A program made the translations under genes and the position numbers. Of a DNA stretch of 17,537 bases, positions 1 through 8,014 are shown piece by piece (position 1 is the first letter of the stretch; each line of letters begins with the position of its first letter). Origin of the DNA: Bdellovibrionia bacterium (lineage in GTDB: Bacteria > Bdellovibrionota > UBA1018); contig JBJMMA010000071.1 of NCBI GenBank assembly GCA_045805065.1, positions 1 through 17,537 on the forward strand, in the 5' to 3' direction. The notes beneath the pieces were generated by a model. That model searched no databases and was not told where the DNA came from. It worked only from the letters and a program-made list of their open reading frames with translations.

Positions 1-412
1 CGATGGCTTCCGGCGAGGTTGCCTGAAGCTCGTCTAAACCAATCAGCAGAGTGCCGTGCGAATCACCTTGCGCATGCAGGATGCGATTTGCTCTCTCTCG
101 ATAGCTCTCCGAGCAGATCAAAGCGACTGCATCCGAGTCATTGCAGTAATATGCACTTTCAGACTCCGTATGCAGAGGCGATAAAACCACGACGCAAGAG
201 CCTGAGTGGATTACGCCTACAAAGGTCGCGATAAAGTCAGGCCCGGGTTCCATTAAAAGAGCAATGCGTTTCCCTGAACCGAATTTCGCTGCCAGTTTGG
301 AGGCCACTCCAGCTGAGAGTGTTCGGATCTCAGCATAGCTGAACGATCTTGGGACATCGACTCTCGCCGCTTTGCCGGCAGATGTAGGGTGCAGCAGTTC
401 CATGGCTCTCAT
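1..412 (-). CDS. AMP-binding enzyme (acyl-CoA synthetase / malonate-CoA ligase-like), N-terminal part; runs off the left edge
   Basis: Translated by hand; not in the ORF track. MRAMELLHPTSAGKAARVDVPRSFSYAEIRTLSAGVASKLAAKFGSGKRIALLMEPGPDFIATFVGVIHSGSCVVVLSPLHTESESAYYCNDSDA... is open to position 1. It has an A1-like FSYAEI motif and the G-x-R-I-A-L...PLH..E..Y...DS pattern of ANL adenylating enzymes. Start is ATG 412 or 403, with an in-frame TAA just upstream. Confidence 0.8.
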   Translation of the reverse strand, partial: MRAMELLHPTSAGKAARVDVPRSFSYAEIRTLSAGVASKLAAKFGSGKRIALLMEPGPDFIATFVGVIHSGSCVVVLSPLHTESESAYYCNDSDAVALICSESYRERANRILHAQGDSHGTLLIGLDELQATSPEAI

Positions 413-540
413 TTATAACAGATCTTTTGCGGATGCACCAAAAGCCAATCGCTCACATGAAGCCAAGCAGCGAGGAGGGTGAAGCTCAATAACACCACCG
501 GATGGGATGCTTGATGCGGTGCGGCCGTCTTGCTTATCCG

Positions 541-556
541 CGGCACTGTCAATGCA
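541..556 (+). promoter_or_regulatory. sigma54 -24/-12 promoter motif
   Basis: CGGCACTGTCAATGCA is GG-N10-GC with GGCAC and TGCA. The predicted TSS (~567) lies just upstream of SD GGAGG (571-575) and ATG 582. Confidence 0.6.
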
Positions 557-581
557 GCGCTTTTAATGATGGAGGATAGTT

Positions 582-815
582 ATGCCGCTAGTACAAATCA
601 AATTGATCGAAGGAGTTATCACTGAAGAGAAGAAGCGACAGATGATTGAGAAAGTAACGGACGCCATGGTGTCTGTGGAGGGAGAGAATCTGCGGCCATA
701 CACTCTGGTCACAATTGAGGAAGTGAAAAGCGGTAATTGGGCAGTCGGTGGCAGAACCCTCGCTACTGATGAAGTCAAAGAAATCGCAGCAGGCTCGCAA
801 AAGAAGGCTGCTTAG
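582..815 (+). CDS. 4-oxalocrotonate tautomerase family protein
   Basis: 77 aa. Catalytic Pro-1 after Met removal (MPLVQIK), beta-alpha-beta pattern, C-terminal IEEV..GNWAVGG, strong SD GGAGG. Confidence 0.9.
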   Translation: MPLVQIKLIEGVITEEKKRQMIEKVTDAMVSVEGENLRPYTLVTIEEVKSGNWAVGGRTLATDEVKEIAAGSQKKAA

Positions 816-829
816 AAGGCGGGGAGAAA

Positions 830-1168
830 ATGAGCGGCGTCGGAAGATTCTGGAGAACAGCCGAGCAGAAAATCCGGGAAGCCATGGAGCGGGGGGAGTT
901 TGACAACCTTCCTGGGAAAGGGAAACCTTTGAAACTTTCCGAAAGGAATCCTTATATCGCCAGGGATCAGCAGATCGTTCAAGACATGTTGAAAGACTCC
1001 CATCTGGTTCCAGAAGAGGTGAACCTCATGAGACGGGTTGAAAGACTTCAGCAACGACTCGAAAAGGAGTCCGATAAACTGTCAGAGATCGAGACGCGTG
1101 CCATCCGCAAACAGATCACCAATCTCCAGATCGAGATTCAGATCAAGCTTGAGCGAAGGGGCGGATAG
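830..1168 (+). CDS. DUF1992 (DNAJC28 conserved domain) family protein
   Basis: Signature AEQKIREAMERGEFDNLPGKGKPL followed by a coiled-coil tail. SD GGGGAG; 14 bp after the tautomerase gene. Confidence 0.85.
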   Translation: MSGVGRFWRTAEQKIREAMERGEFDNLPGKGKPLKLSERNPYIARDQQIVQDMLKDSHLVPEEVNLMRRVERLQQRLEKESDKLSEIETRAIRKQITNLQIEIQIKLERRGG

Positions 1169-1201
1169 AATAGGGCAAGGCAGGCGGTCAATTCACGACG
1201 G

Positions 1202-1789
1202 CTATTTACAGGCGATGCACCAGGTTGGAAAAACCGAGTCTTTCGTGCAATAGACTGGACCGCTTGAACATGACTCCGTCCAGGTCTGAACACAGACGGG
1301 CACGGTTCCGCCCGAGCAGGAGTTGTGAGGAGTGCCCTGAATCGCACAACCTGGATCAGAGATGACTTTCGTGGGACCCGAACACGTCGGGCCATCCTGG
1401 GGTTGTTGAGAGCAGCCCAGCGTCATCTTGATCTTCTCTTTCTTGAAGCACCAGTTGGTGATCGTTGCATCCATCTTGGATGGCTGATCCTCGGCGGGTG
1501 GATTTTCGGTTACGGAGAAACACTTATTGTCGAAGCTGAAGTTGTTTCCAAAACCGAGAGCGGGAGCGTTATTCCAGTAATAGGGGTGATCGCCAGTGCA
1601 GTAATAAGCCCAACCCTTGGTCTGCCAAGCCTTGTAGGATACGGCGTCCATCTCCTGGGTTTCGCAATGGGGCACGCCTTCACAGGGTTTCGCCCATGCG
1701 CCAAGTGAGTGCACCATGACGATGAATGCAGTGACAGTGAATGCCACGATTCCAAGTACTTTACCTAATTGAGTCTGCCCCGCGTTCAT
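1202..1789 (-). CDS. secreted cysteine-rich hypothetical protein
   Basis: Hydrophobic N-terminus ending in AWA (signal peptide-like), 14 Cys in the predicted mature part, GGGGG SD-like sequence upstream. Confidence 0.75.
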   Translation of the reverse strand: MNAGQTQLGKVLGIVAFTVTAFIVMVHSLGAWAKPCEGVPHCETQEMDAVSYKAWQTKGWAYYCTGDHPYYWNNAPALGFGNNFSFDNKCFSVTENPPAEDQPSKMDATITNWCFKKEKIKMTLGCSQQPQDGPTCSGPTKVISDPGCAIQGTPHNSCSGGTVPVCVQTWTESCSSGPVYCTKDSVFPTWCIACK

Positions 1790-1819
1790 AGCGTAACCCC
1801 CGTGAAGGGCAAACGCGTA

Positions 1820-1835
1820 TGCAGGGAATCGGCCA
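1820..1835 (-). promoter_or_regulatory. sigma54 -24/-12 promoter motif
   Basis: Minus-strand TGGCCGATTCCCTGCA (GG-N10-GC), about 30 bp upstream of ATG 1789. Confidence 0.45.
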
Positions 1836-1882
1836 ATGAGGCCAGTTTTTGCAGGGGACTTTCGATGGACGTGGGGAGGGAC

Positions 1883-3058
1883 ATGACTCGAATCAAATTG
1901 GACAGCGTATCGAAGTGTTACGGCAAGAACCGGGTCCTGGATAACATCAGCCTGGAGATCGGCGAATCGGAGTTCGTAGCCTTTGTCGGTCCGTCAGGTT
2001 GCGGAAAGTCTACCTTGCTCCGGGTTATTGTCGGATTTGAGACTGCGACCGAAGGCGAGGTACGGATCGATGATGTTTTGATGGACGGCGTTCGACCGGG
2101 TGATCGATCTCTTGCCATGGTGTTTCAGAACTACGCGCTCTACCCGCATATGACAGTGGCAGGGAACATGGGGTTTGGACTCTCCAATCTCCGCGTTCCC
2201 AAGGCAGAAATCCAACGCCGTGTCCTGGAGGTTGCCGAGTCTCTGCAGATCACCGAACTTTTGGAGCGAACTCCTCAGGAGCTCTCCGGCGGCCAGAGGC
2301 AAAGAGTGGCCATCGGTCGAGCCATGATTCAGAATCCGAAAGCTTTTATATTTGATGAGCCACTCTCCAATCTGGATGCATCACTGCGGGTGCAGATGCG
2401 AATCGAGATTGCCAAGCTGCATAAGCGCTATCCTGTTCCGATGATTTATGTGACTCATGACCAGGTCGAGGCGATGACCCTGGCAGACCGAATTGTCGTC
2501 ATGAATTCGGGAAGAATTGAGCAGGCCGGCAGGCCTCTCGATCTTTATCATCGGCCTGCTAATTTATTTGTGGCGCGCTTTCTGGGCTCTCCTTCCATGA
2601 ACCTGATCGAGTGCGAGCTCATACGCGCGACCGATACGAGGGCTGACGTTCGAGTTGAAAAGGACACGATCCTCAGTGTGGACGTGGACGCAAGGTCTTT
2701 GTCTTCTGATAGCCACATCACTTTGGGGATTCGTCCTGAGCATCTTAAATTAGTGGAGGAATCCTTGAGCCAGAATGTGGATGGGATTCATGCGCAGGTC
2801 ACTTTCATTGAAAAACTCGGCAATCGATCTCTGATCTACCTCAATCGCACAAATGGGGATCAGATTGTTGCGGAGAGCAGTGGCAGAGACGACGGACGGA
2901 TCCATATTGGTTCCTGGCACCGTTTGAGAATCGATCCACGGGAAGCCCAGCTTTTCGGATCGGATGGAAGCGCCATGCCGAAGCCTGAATTCAAACCTGA
3001 AGCTCAGTCAAACCGAGGAGAGCCACCGAGTGACGTCACAGTCCCTCAAGCGTCGTAA
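1883..3058 (+). CDS. carbohydrate ABC transporter ATP-binding protein (MalK/UgpC-like)
   Basis: Walker A GPSGCGKST, signature LSGGQRQR, Walker B FIFDEP, H-loop VTHD, C-terminal GIRPEH/TOBE region. Start moved to ATG 1883, which follows SD GGGAGG. Confidence 0.95.
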   Translation: MTRIKLDSVSKCYGKNRVLDNISLEIGESEFVAFVGPSGCGKSTLLRVIVGFETATEGEVRIDDVLMDGVRPGDRSLAMVFQNYALYPHMTVAGNMGFGLSNLRVPKAEIQRRVLEVAESLQITELLERTPQELSGGQRQRVAIGRAMIQNPKAFIFDEPLSNLDASLRVQMRIEIAKLHKRYPVPMIYVTHDQVEAMTLADRIVVMNSGRIEQAGRPLDLYHRPANLFVARFLGSPSMNLIECELIRATDTRADVRVEKDTILSVDVDARSLSSDSHITLGIRPEHLKLVEESLSQNVDGIHAQVTFIEKLGNRSLIYLNRTNGDQIVAESSGRDDGRIHIGSWHRLRIDPREAQLFGSDGSAMPKPEFKPEAQSNRGEPPSDVTVPQAS

Positions 3059-3911
3059 CGCTTTTTCCGCAATCGCGTTTTTGTTCCCTTTTTTGCTCAT
3101 GAACGGGGCCTTCCTGGTTTATCCCTTTCTGAAGGGAATCTGGATGAGTCTTCACAGCTGGGATCTGCTGGGGCGCGAACATCGCTGGGTGGGTTTTCGG
3201 AATTATGCTCGCATGTTCTCTGATCCACTGTTCTGGACATCTGTCTGGCATACGATTGAATTCAGTCTGATCACCGTTCCTGCGATCACGGTGACGTCAC
3301 TTCTTTTAGCCCTGGTTCTCAACTCGCGTCTGCGCCGTTACGCCATTCTTCGCGCGATATTCTTTGCGACCGGGGTATTCTCGGTCACGGTTGTGACACT
3401 GATCTGGCTCACAGTCCTCAATCCTTCTCGCGGGATTGTGGGGCTTCTGTTTCATGCCTTGGGTTTGGAGCCAGTGGATGTCCTTGCCAGCAGGCTTCTT
3501 GCGCTCCCAGCTGTCAGTGTCGCAACGATCTGGTGGTCGGTGGGACTTCCCATGGCGATCTTTCTGTCAGGCCTTCAGCAAATCCCGAAGGAAACGTACG
3601 AAGCGGCGGAACTGGATCATGCGAGCCGATGGACGATCCTCACACAAATCACGCTTCCAGCGCTCAAGAGAACGACCTGGCTTGTTGTCTTGCTTCAAGT
3701 GATTCTGCAGTTTCAGATTTTCGGGCAGGTGCTGCTTATGACTCGTGGAGGGCCGGCCTACGCAACACATGTTCTCGTTCAATATATTTATGAGGCCGGA
3801 TTTCGGGATTGGGAGGTGGGATATGCCTCCACGCTTTCACTCTTTTTATTTGTCGTCATGTTTCTGGTTTCCCTCATCAGGCTCAGGGTCGGAAATCGGG
3901 GAGCAGCATGA
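3030..3911 (+). CDS. carbohydrate ABC transporter permease (MalF/UgpA-like)
   Basis: About 6 TM segments, VGFRNY, EAA loop YEAAELDHAS, LMTRGGP. GTG 3030 follows SD GAGGAG. Confidence 0.93.
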   Translation: MTSQSLKRRNAFSAIAFLFPFLLMNGAFLVYPFLKGIWMSLHSWDLLGREHRWVGFRNYARMFSDPLFWTSVWHTIEFSLITVPAITVTSLLLALVLNSRLRRYAILRAIFFATGVFSVTVVTLIWLTVLNPSRGIVGLLFHALGLEPVDVLASRLLALPAVSVATIWWSVGLPMAIFLSGLQQIPKETYEAAELDHASRWTILTQITLPALKRTTWLVVLLQVILQFQIFGQVLLMTRGGPAYATHVLVQYIYEAGFRDWEVGYASTLSLFLFVVMFLVSLIRLRVGNRGAA

Positions 3912-4735
3912 AGAAACGATCCCTTTTCAGTCCGATGCTTCTGGCTTCAGCTTTTGCGGCGATTTGGGCGCTGCCCGTGCTTTGGGTCGTCCTTCTCTCA
4001 CTCAAGTCAAACGAGGTGCTTCGAGAGGGGACGGTGAAAGCCTATCGACCTTATCCACTGACGCTTGAAAACTATTTCACTTTGTTCAAAGTTTCTCTGA
4101 CACCGCGTTGGCTTCTCAATAGCTTCATCGTTGCGGGAAGCATGACAGTAGCAACCTTGATTGTCTCGTCGCTCGCGGGATATGCATTGGCTCGGGTGCC
4201 TTTTCGAGGGCGAGGCCTGCTCGTTGCTTTCTTTCTCGCTGGAATGATGGTCCCTGAATACTCCGTCATCCTGCCGCTGCATTCCCTTTTTTCAAAATGG
4301 GAACTTCATAATACCTACGCAGCGCTCATCTTACCGCGCCTCTCCATGCCTTTCGGCGTATTTATGATGACTCAGTTTTTCAAAGCCGTTCCAAGGGATC
4401 TGGAAGAAGCCGCAGAGCTCGATCATGCAAGCCATTTGAAAATATTTCTCAAGATCATGCTGCCTCTGTCGCGCCCAGCGCTCACGACATTAGGGATCTT
4501 CACCTTTCTTTATGCCTGGAATGACTTTCTTTGGCCGCTGGTCTCCGCCACGGACTCAAGCATGTATACGGTGACAGTCGGGCTTTCGTCTCTTCAAGGC
4601 AATTTTGCCCAATCGGAAGGACTAGGGTTTCTCATGGCGACTGCCGTGTTCGCAAGCCTGCCCATGGTCGTGGTCTACCTTTTGTTTCAGCATCATATCG
4701 TTCGCGGAATCTCGCTCGGTGGAGGGATCAAGTAA
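3908..4735 (+). CDS. carbohydrate ABC transporter permease (MalG/UgpE-like)
   Basis: TLENY, AGYALAR..FRGR, EEAAELDHAS, WNDFLWP. ATGA overlap with the preceding gene. Confidence 0.93.
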   Translation: MKKRSLFSPMLLASAFAAIWALPVLWVVLLSLKSNEVLREGTVKAYRPYPLTLENYFTLFKVSLTPRWLLNSFIVAGSMTVATLIVSSLAGYALARVPFRGRGLLVAFFLAGMMVPEYSVILPLHSLFSKWELHNTYAALILPRLSMPFGVFMMTQFFKAVPRDLEEAAELDHASHLKIFLKIMLPLSRPALTTLGIFTFLYAWNDFLWPLVSATDSSMYTVTVGLSSLQGNFAQSEGLGFLMATAVFASLPMVVVYLLFQHHIVRGISLGGGIK

Positions 4736-6094
4736 ATGAAGATCCTCCGCTGGGTTTTGGTGATCCTGCTCTTGGCTGCTGTAACGTTCCAAGCAGTGTT
4801 TCGCAAACAGCTTGAGAAGGGGCGCGATAATGAAATCACCCTGTTTCGGTTCTTCGGCGGCTGCTCGGACGAGTATGGGTCTACGTTAGAACTTCCTCCT
4901 GCGGCCAGTGAATGCGCCGTGATTCAGGTCCTTACCAATCGTTTCAACGCCGAGAATCGCCTGGGGATCCGTGTGGTCACTCAAACCGCTGAATGGAGCG
5001 GATATTACGATCGTTTGAGTGCTGCTTTTGCGGCTCATCGACCCCCTGAGATCGCTGTCATGCATCGAAGTGTTTTTGCGGATTTCTCCCGTCGCGGACT
5101 GCTTGAGTCCTTGAGTCATGATCTCAGCCTGCATGGAGTGGAGTGGAGCGACTTTGAAGAGTCAGCTGTTCAGGGTTTAGGTGAGGATCATGAGCTCTAT
5201 GCCATGCCCTATGATTTTCATGGACTGCTCTGGCATATCAATCTGGATCTACTCACGCGGGCCGGACTAGTCACTGAGAATGGAGAGCCGGTTCTGCCTC
5301 AAACGCCTGACGAGCTCATGACTCAGGCAAGACAGGTGAAAGACAAGACAGGGAAGCATTATTTTGCGATTCCCTCGCAAACCGATCCGATGCCCACCTG
5401 GACCTGGGAGAGCTGGGTCTGGCAGCAAGGATCCGATCTCATTTCTTCTGACCTCAGGCACTCGAGCGTGGCCACCCCTGCCGCCCAGAAGGCGTTGAAG
5501 TTCCTGAGCAGTCTTTACGAGCAGGGCGCTGCGAATCCTTCACAGGATTATGCAGCAGCTGAGCAAGCTTTTCTCGATGGCAAGGCTGCTGTCTTGATGA
5601 ATGGCACTTGGGTGGTGGACGCCTATTTCAAAAAATCGCGTAAGTCCGAGTCAGAGCTCAAACGCTACCGAGCCTTTACTCCGCCATCTTTGTTCAGGAG
5701 AGGAGCGAGTGAGGCGGCATGGACAGACAGTCATGTGTGGGTGCTTCCTCGGGGAAGCGCAATCGCGGACAATCCTAAAAAACGGGAAGCAGCCTTGGAG
5801 TTTCTTGCATTTCTCTACAAAAACAATCTTGAATGGGCCAGGACGGGTCATCTGCCCGTCAGAAAAAGCGTCCTGCAAGGTTCTGCATTTCTGAGTCTTC
5901 CCGAGCGATCTCATTACGCTTCGCTGGCGAAGATCGCCCGCAGACTACCGCCTGCCCCCAATCAGCGTGCGTTGCAAGATGAGTTAGTTCAACAAGTGAA
6001 CTCGACCTGGCTTTCAGGTCAAACTCCGCAGGATGCTCTTGCGCGCGCTCAAAAGAGAACTCAGGAGATCCTGGATCGCGCGGTAGGGCATTGA
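4736..6094 (+). CDS. extracellular solute-binding protein (family 1, sugar)
   Basis: N-terminal hydrophobic segment, LYAMPYD, AFLDGKAAVLMNGTW, WARTGHLP. ATG directly follows the TAA of the permease. Confidence 0.92.
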   Translation: MKILRWVLVILLLAAVTFQAVFRKQLEKGRDNEITLFRFFGGCSDEYGSTLELPPAASECAVIQVLTNRFNAENRLGIRVVTQTAEWSGYYDRLSAAFAAHRPPEIAVMHRSVFADFSRRGLLESLSHDLSLHGVEWSDFEESAVQGLGEDHELYAMPYDFHGLLWHINLDLLTRAGLVTENGEPVLPQTPDELMTQARQVKDKTGKHYFAIPSQTDPMPTWTWESWVWQQGSDLISSDLRHSSVATPAAQKALKFLSSLYEQGAANPSQDYAAAEQAFLDGKAAVLMNGTWVVDAYFKKSRKSESELKRYRAFTPPSLFRRGASEAAWTDSHVWVLPRGSAIADNPKKREAALEFLAFLYKNNLEWARTGHLPVRKSVLQGSAFLSLPERSHYASLAKIARRLPPAPNQRALQDELVQQVNSTWLSGQTPQDALARAQKRTQEILDRAVGH

Positions 6095-6110
6095 GCGCAC
6101 AGAGCGCACC

Positions 6111-7034
6111 TTACTTCAAAGCCCCAGGTGACACCGACGGCCCAAGCACAGGTGCAGACTCATCAGCGGTTTTTTCAGCGTCACTCTTGGCAAGTTCCTT
6201 GTTCTTGCGCTCGGTGATTGCCCACGAGTTTGGACGTTCTTGAGACATTTTCAGAGCGGAGCGAAGTGTTTTCTCATATTCGTCAATGGTTGGATTTTTT
6301 ACTTTGATCCGCAGGATGCCCTTGACCTCAAGCTCTTTGTGAAGCTCGTGCGGGCCGCAGGAATAGGAGCGATATCCAAAGGGTGACATCACACTTCCTC
6401 TTTGCATCGAACGGTCGAGGTCACCGTTTTTGACCATATTAAACCCGGCCCAGGCCATTCCTGTACCCGCGCCGATGTAAGATGGAAAAAATCTAAGGTA
6501 AGCGTCGTTTGCGACGGCTCGGCTTCCTTCAAAAAGGTTGGCGCCTCCGCCCAGGACTTTGCCGATGGACGCGACTTTCTCAGCAGCTTCCGGACCCTTT
6601 GCAGCGATCCGCTCACCGATGGAGGCTACGCCTCCGGCAAGCACTTTCTGCGCAAGCACGCCGACCGCAAGCTCCGTTATGCCGAAGGCGAGTGCAGCGT
6701 CGCTCAGAAGCGGTTGTAAATTATCCCTTGCGCTTCGCTTGATCAGGTACTCCCAATTCGCTCTGAGCTCGTCTTCTGTGTAGTACTGGCGCTCAGGTTC
6801 GATGGGCTTGCATTTGTCCATCACGTGTCTTTTCAGTTTTTCGTCAAGGCGGCCCGTGCAGGTGAGAAATGCTGTATTGCCTTGCTCCAGATGGCGGATC
6901 ACGACGGCTTTGTCGGGACTTGCTTTGGACCAAAGAATCGTGTCGCAGTTTTCTGTTTGCTCCGTTGCCGCAAATGCGGAGAGAGAAGTTGAACCGATCA
7001 TTAAAGCTACAGTTAGTTTTCTCAAAGAAGCCAT
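6111..7034 (-). CDS. secreted hypothetical protein
   Basis: 307-aa ORF with a signal peptide ending AFA and Gly/Ala-rich hydrophobic central helices. No family recognised. Confidence 0.75.
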   Translation of the reverse strand: MASLRKLTVALMIGSTSLSAFAATEQTENCDTILWSKASPDKAVVIRHLEQGNTAFLTCTGRLDEKLKRHVMDKCKPIEPERQYYTEDELRANWEYLIKRSARDNLQPLLSDAALAFGITELAVGVLAQKVLAGGVASIGERIAAKGPEAAEKVASIGKVLGGGANLFEGSRAVANDAYLRFFPSYIGAGTGMAWAGFNMVKNGDLDRSMQRGSVMSPFGYRSYSCGPHELHKELEVKGILRIKVKNPTIDEYEKTLRSALKMSQERPNSWAITERKNKELAKSDAEKTADESAPVLGPSVSPGALK

Positions 7035-7046
7035 GCGGCAGGAGTT

Positions 7047-7062
7047 TGCAACCCAGGTGCCG
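7047..7062 (-). promoter_or_regulatory. sigma54 -24/-12 promoter motif
   Basis: Minus-strand CGGCACCTGGGTTGCA is a near-consensus GGCAC-N5-TTGCA just upstream of ATG 7034. Confidence 0.6.
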
Positions 7063-7303
7063 CAACTTTTCCGTTTGAGTGCCTTGATCTTTCTAGGTTT
7101 CCGGACTCAGTCTCACTCGACACATCAGAGGAGCCGTCATTTTTTTAAATCCTGATTAGGAGTTATACAGTGTTCATTTAAACAAGTTGATGCTCGGTCA
7201 GGATGAGAACTCGTTGCTCTCCGTTATGACTCGCGCGTCCGTGCTTTGGCTTTTGCACAAGACCCTGAAGGAACCTGACCCATTCTTAGAAGGAGAGTTT
7301 AGA

Positions 7304-7924
7304 ATGAAGCAGAAAGTTGTCATTGCTTTGCTGACTGTTGCTGGGGCGCTCGGAGTGAAGAGCTTCGCGCAAACCAACATGCCAATGCCGGCCGGAGCTC
7401 AACCCGGAACCGCATCACCCACTCCGACGGCTACAGCGTCTCCTACAGCCACAGCTTCCGCAGGAGCACAGCAAGTGCAGGCGGCAGTACTCAATTCACA
7501 AGCCATCAATGTTCTTCATCACATCAATAACCTCGAGATTCAGGAGTCTCAGCAGGCCCAGGGAAGCCTTCAAAGCACGAGCAGCCAGGCTTACGCTCAG
7601 ATGCTGATCACGGACCATCAGGCCAGCGAGCAGCAGGTCCAGCAATTGGCTGCTCAGCAGGGAATCACGCTGTATGTTTTTCAACCAGCAACCTATGAAG
7701 CAGCGCTGGATTCACAGCTTACAACTCTTGCCGGTACCACGATTTTTGACCAGGCATTCTTGCAAGGTCAGGTTTTGGGACATCAACGCGCCCTAAGTAA
7801 CGTTCAGCTTCTTCAAGGGCTGGTTGTTGATCCTCAAATCAAGACTCTGCTGAACAATGCAGTTACGACCATTCAGCGCCATCGTGATGAGGCCGCTCGT
7901 CTGGCTGCCGCTCCTAATCCTTGA
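7304..7924 (+). CDS. DUF4142 (ferritin-like) secreted protein
   Basis: Signal peptide and P/T/A linker, then N..EI..SQ.A, YAQMLITDH, FDQAFLQGQVLGH and IQRH..EA, as in DUF4142. ATG 7304 follows SD AGGAG. Confidence 0.8.
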   Translation: MKQKVVIALLTVAGALGVKSFAQTNMPMPAGAQPGTASPTPTATASPTATASAGAQQVQAAVLNSQAINVLHHINNLEIQESQQAQGSLQSTSSQAYAQMLITDHQASEQQVQQLAAQQGITLYVFQPATYEAALDSQLTTLAGTTIFDQAFLQGQVLGHQRALSNVQLLQGLVVDPQIKTLLNNAVTTIQRHRDEAARLAAAPNP

Positions 7925-7950
7925 TTCGCCTAGTAGTCCCCAAGCATGAA

Positions 7951-7992
7951 AATAAAAACGGACAGTCCTCCGGGACTGTCCGTTTCATTTTT
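7951..7992. terminator. bidirectional intrinsic terminator
   Basis: Perfect 13-bp stem AAACGGACAGTCC (7956-7968), loop TCCG, GGACTGTCCGTTT (7973-7985). Flanked by A-rich and T-rich tracts, between convergent genes. Confidence 0.9.
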
Positions 7993-8014
7993 ACTTTATA
8001 ACTGGATCTTCGAA

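Noticed and set aside
19..234. 71-aa plus-strand ORF
   Set aside because: Antisense to the AMP-binding enzyme gene fragment.
1839..1853. Sigma54-like AGGCCAGTTTTTGCA upstream of the ABC operon
   Set aside because: GG-to-GC spacing is 9 nt rather than the required 10.
1769..1882. N-terminal extensions in the ORF track (also starts at 2964, 3809, 7187, 9127, 14868, 14880, 15946)
   Set aside because: Downstream starts have better SD sequences or stop/start coupling and match family N-termini; most extensions overlap neighbouring genes or promoters.
6093..6109. Direct repeat GAGCGCAC x2 between convergent genes
   Set aside because: Too short. It could be a duplication scar, but no mobile element is nearby and chance cannot be excluded.
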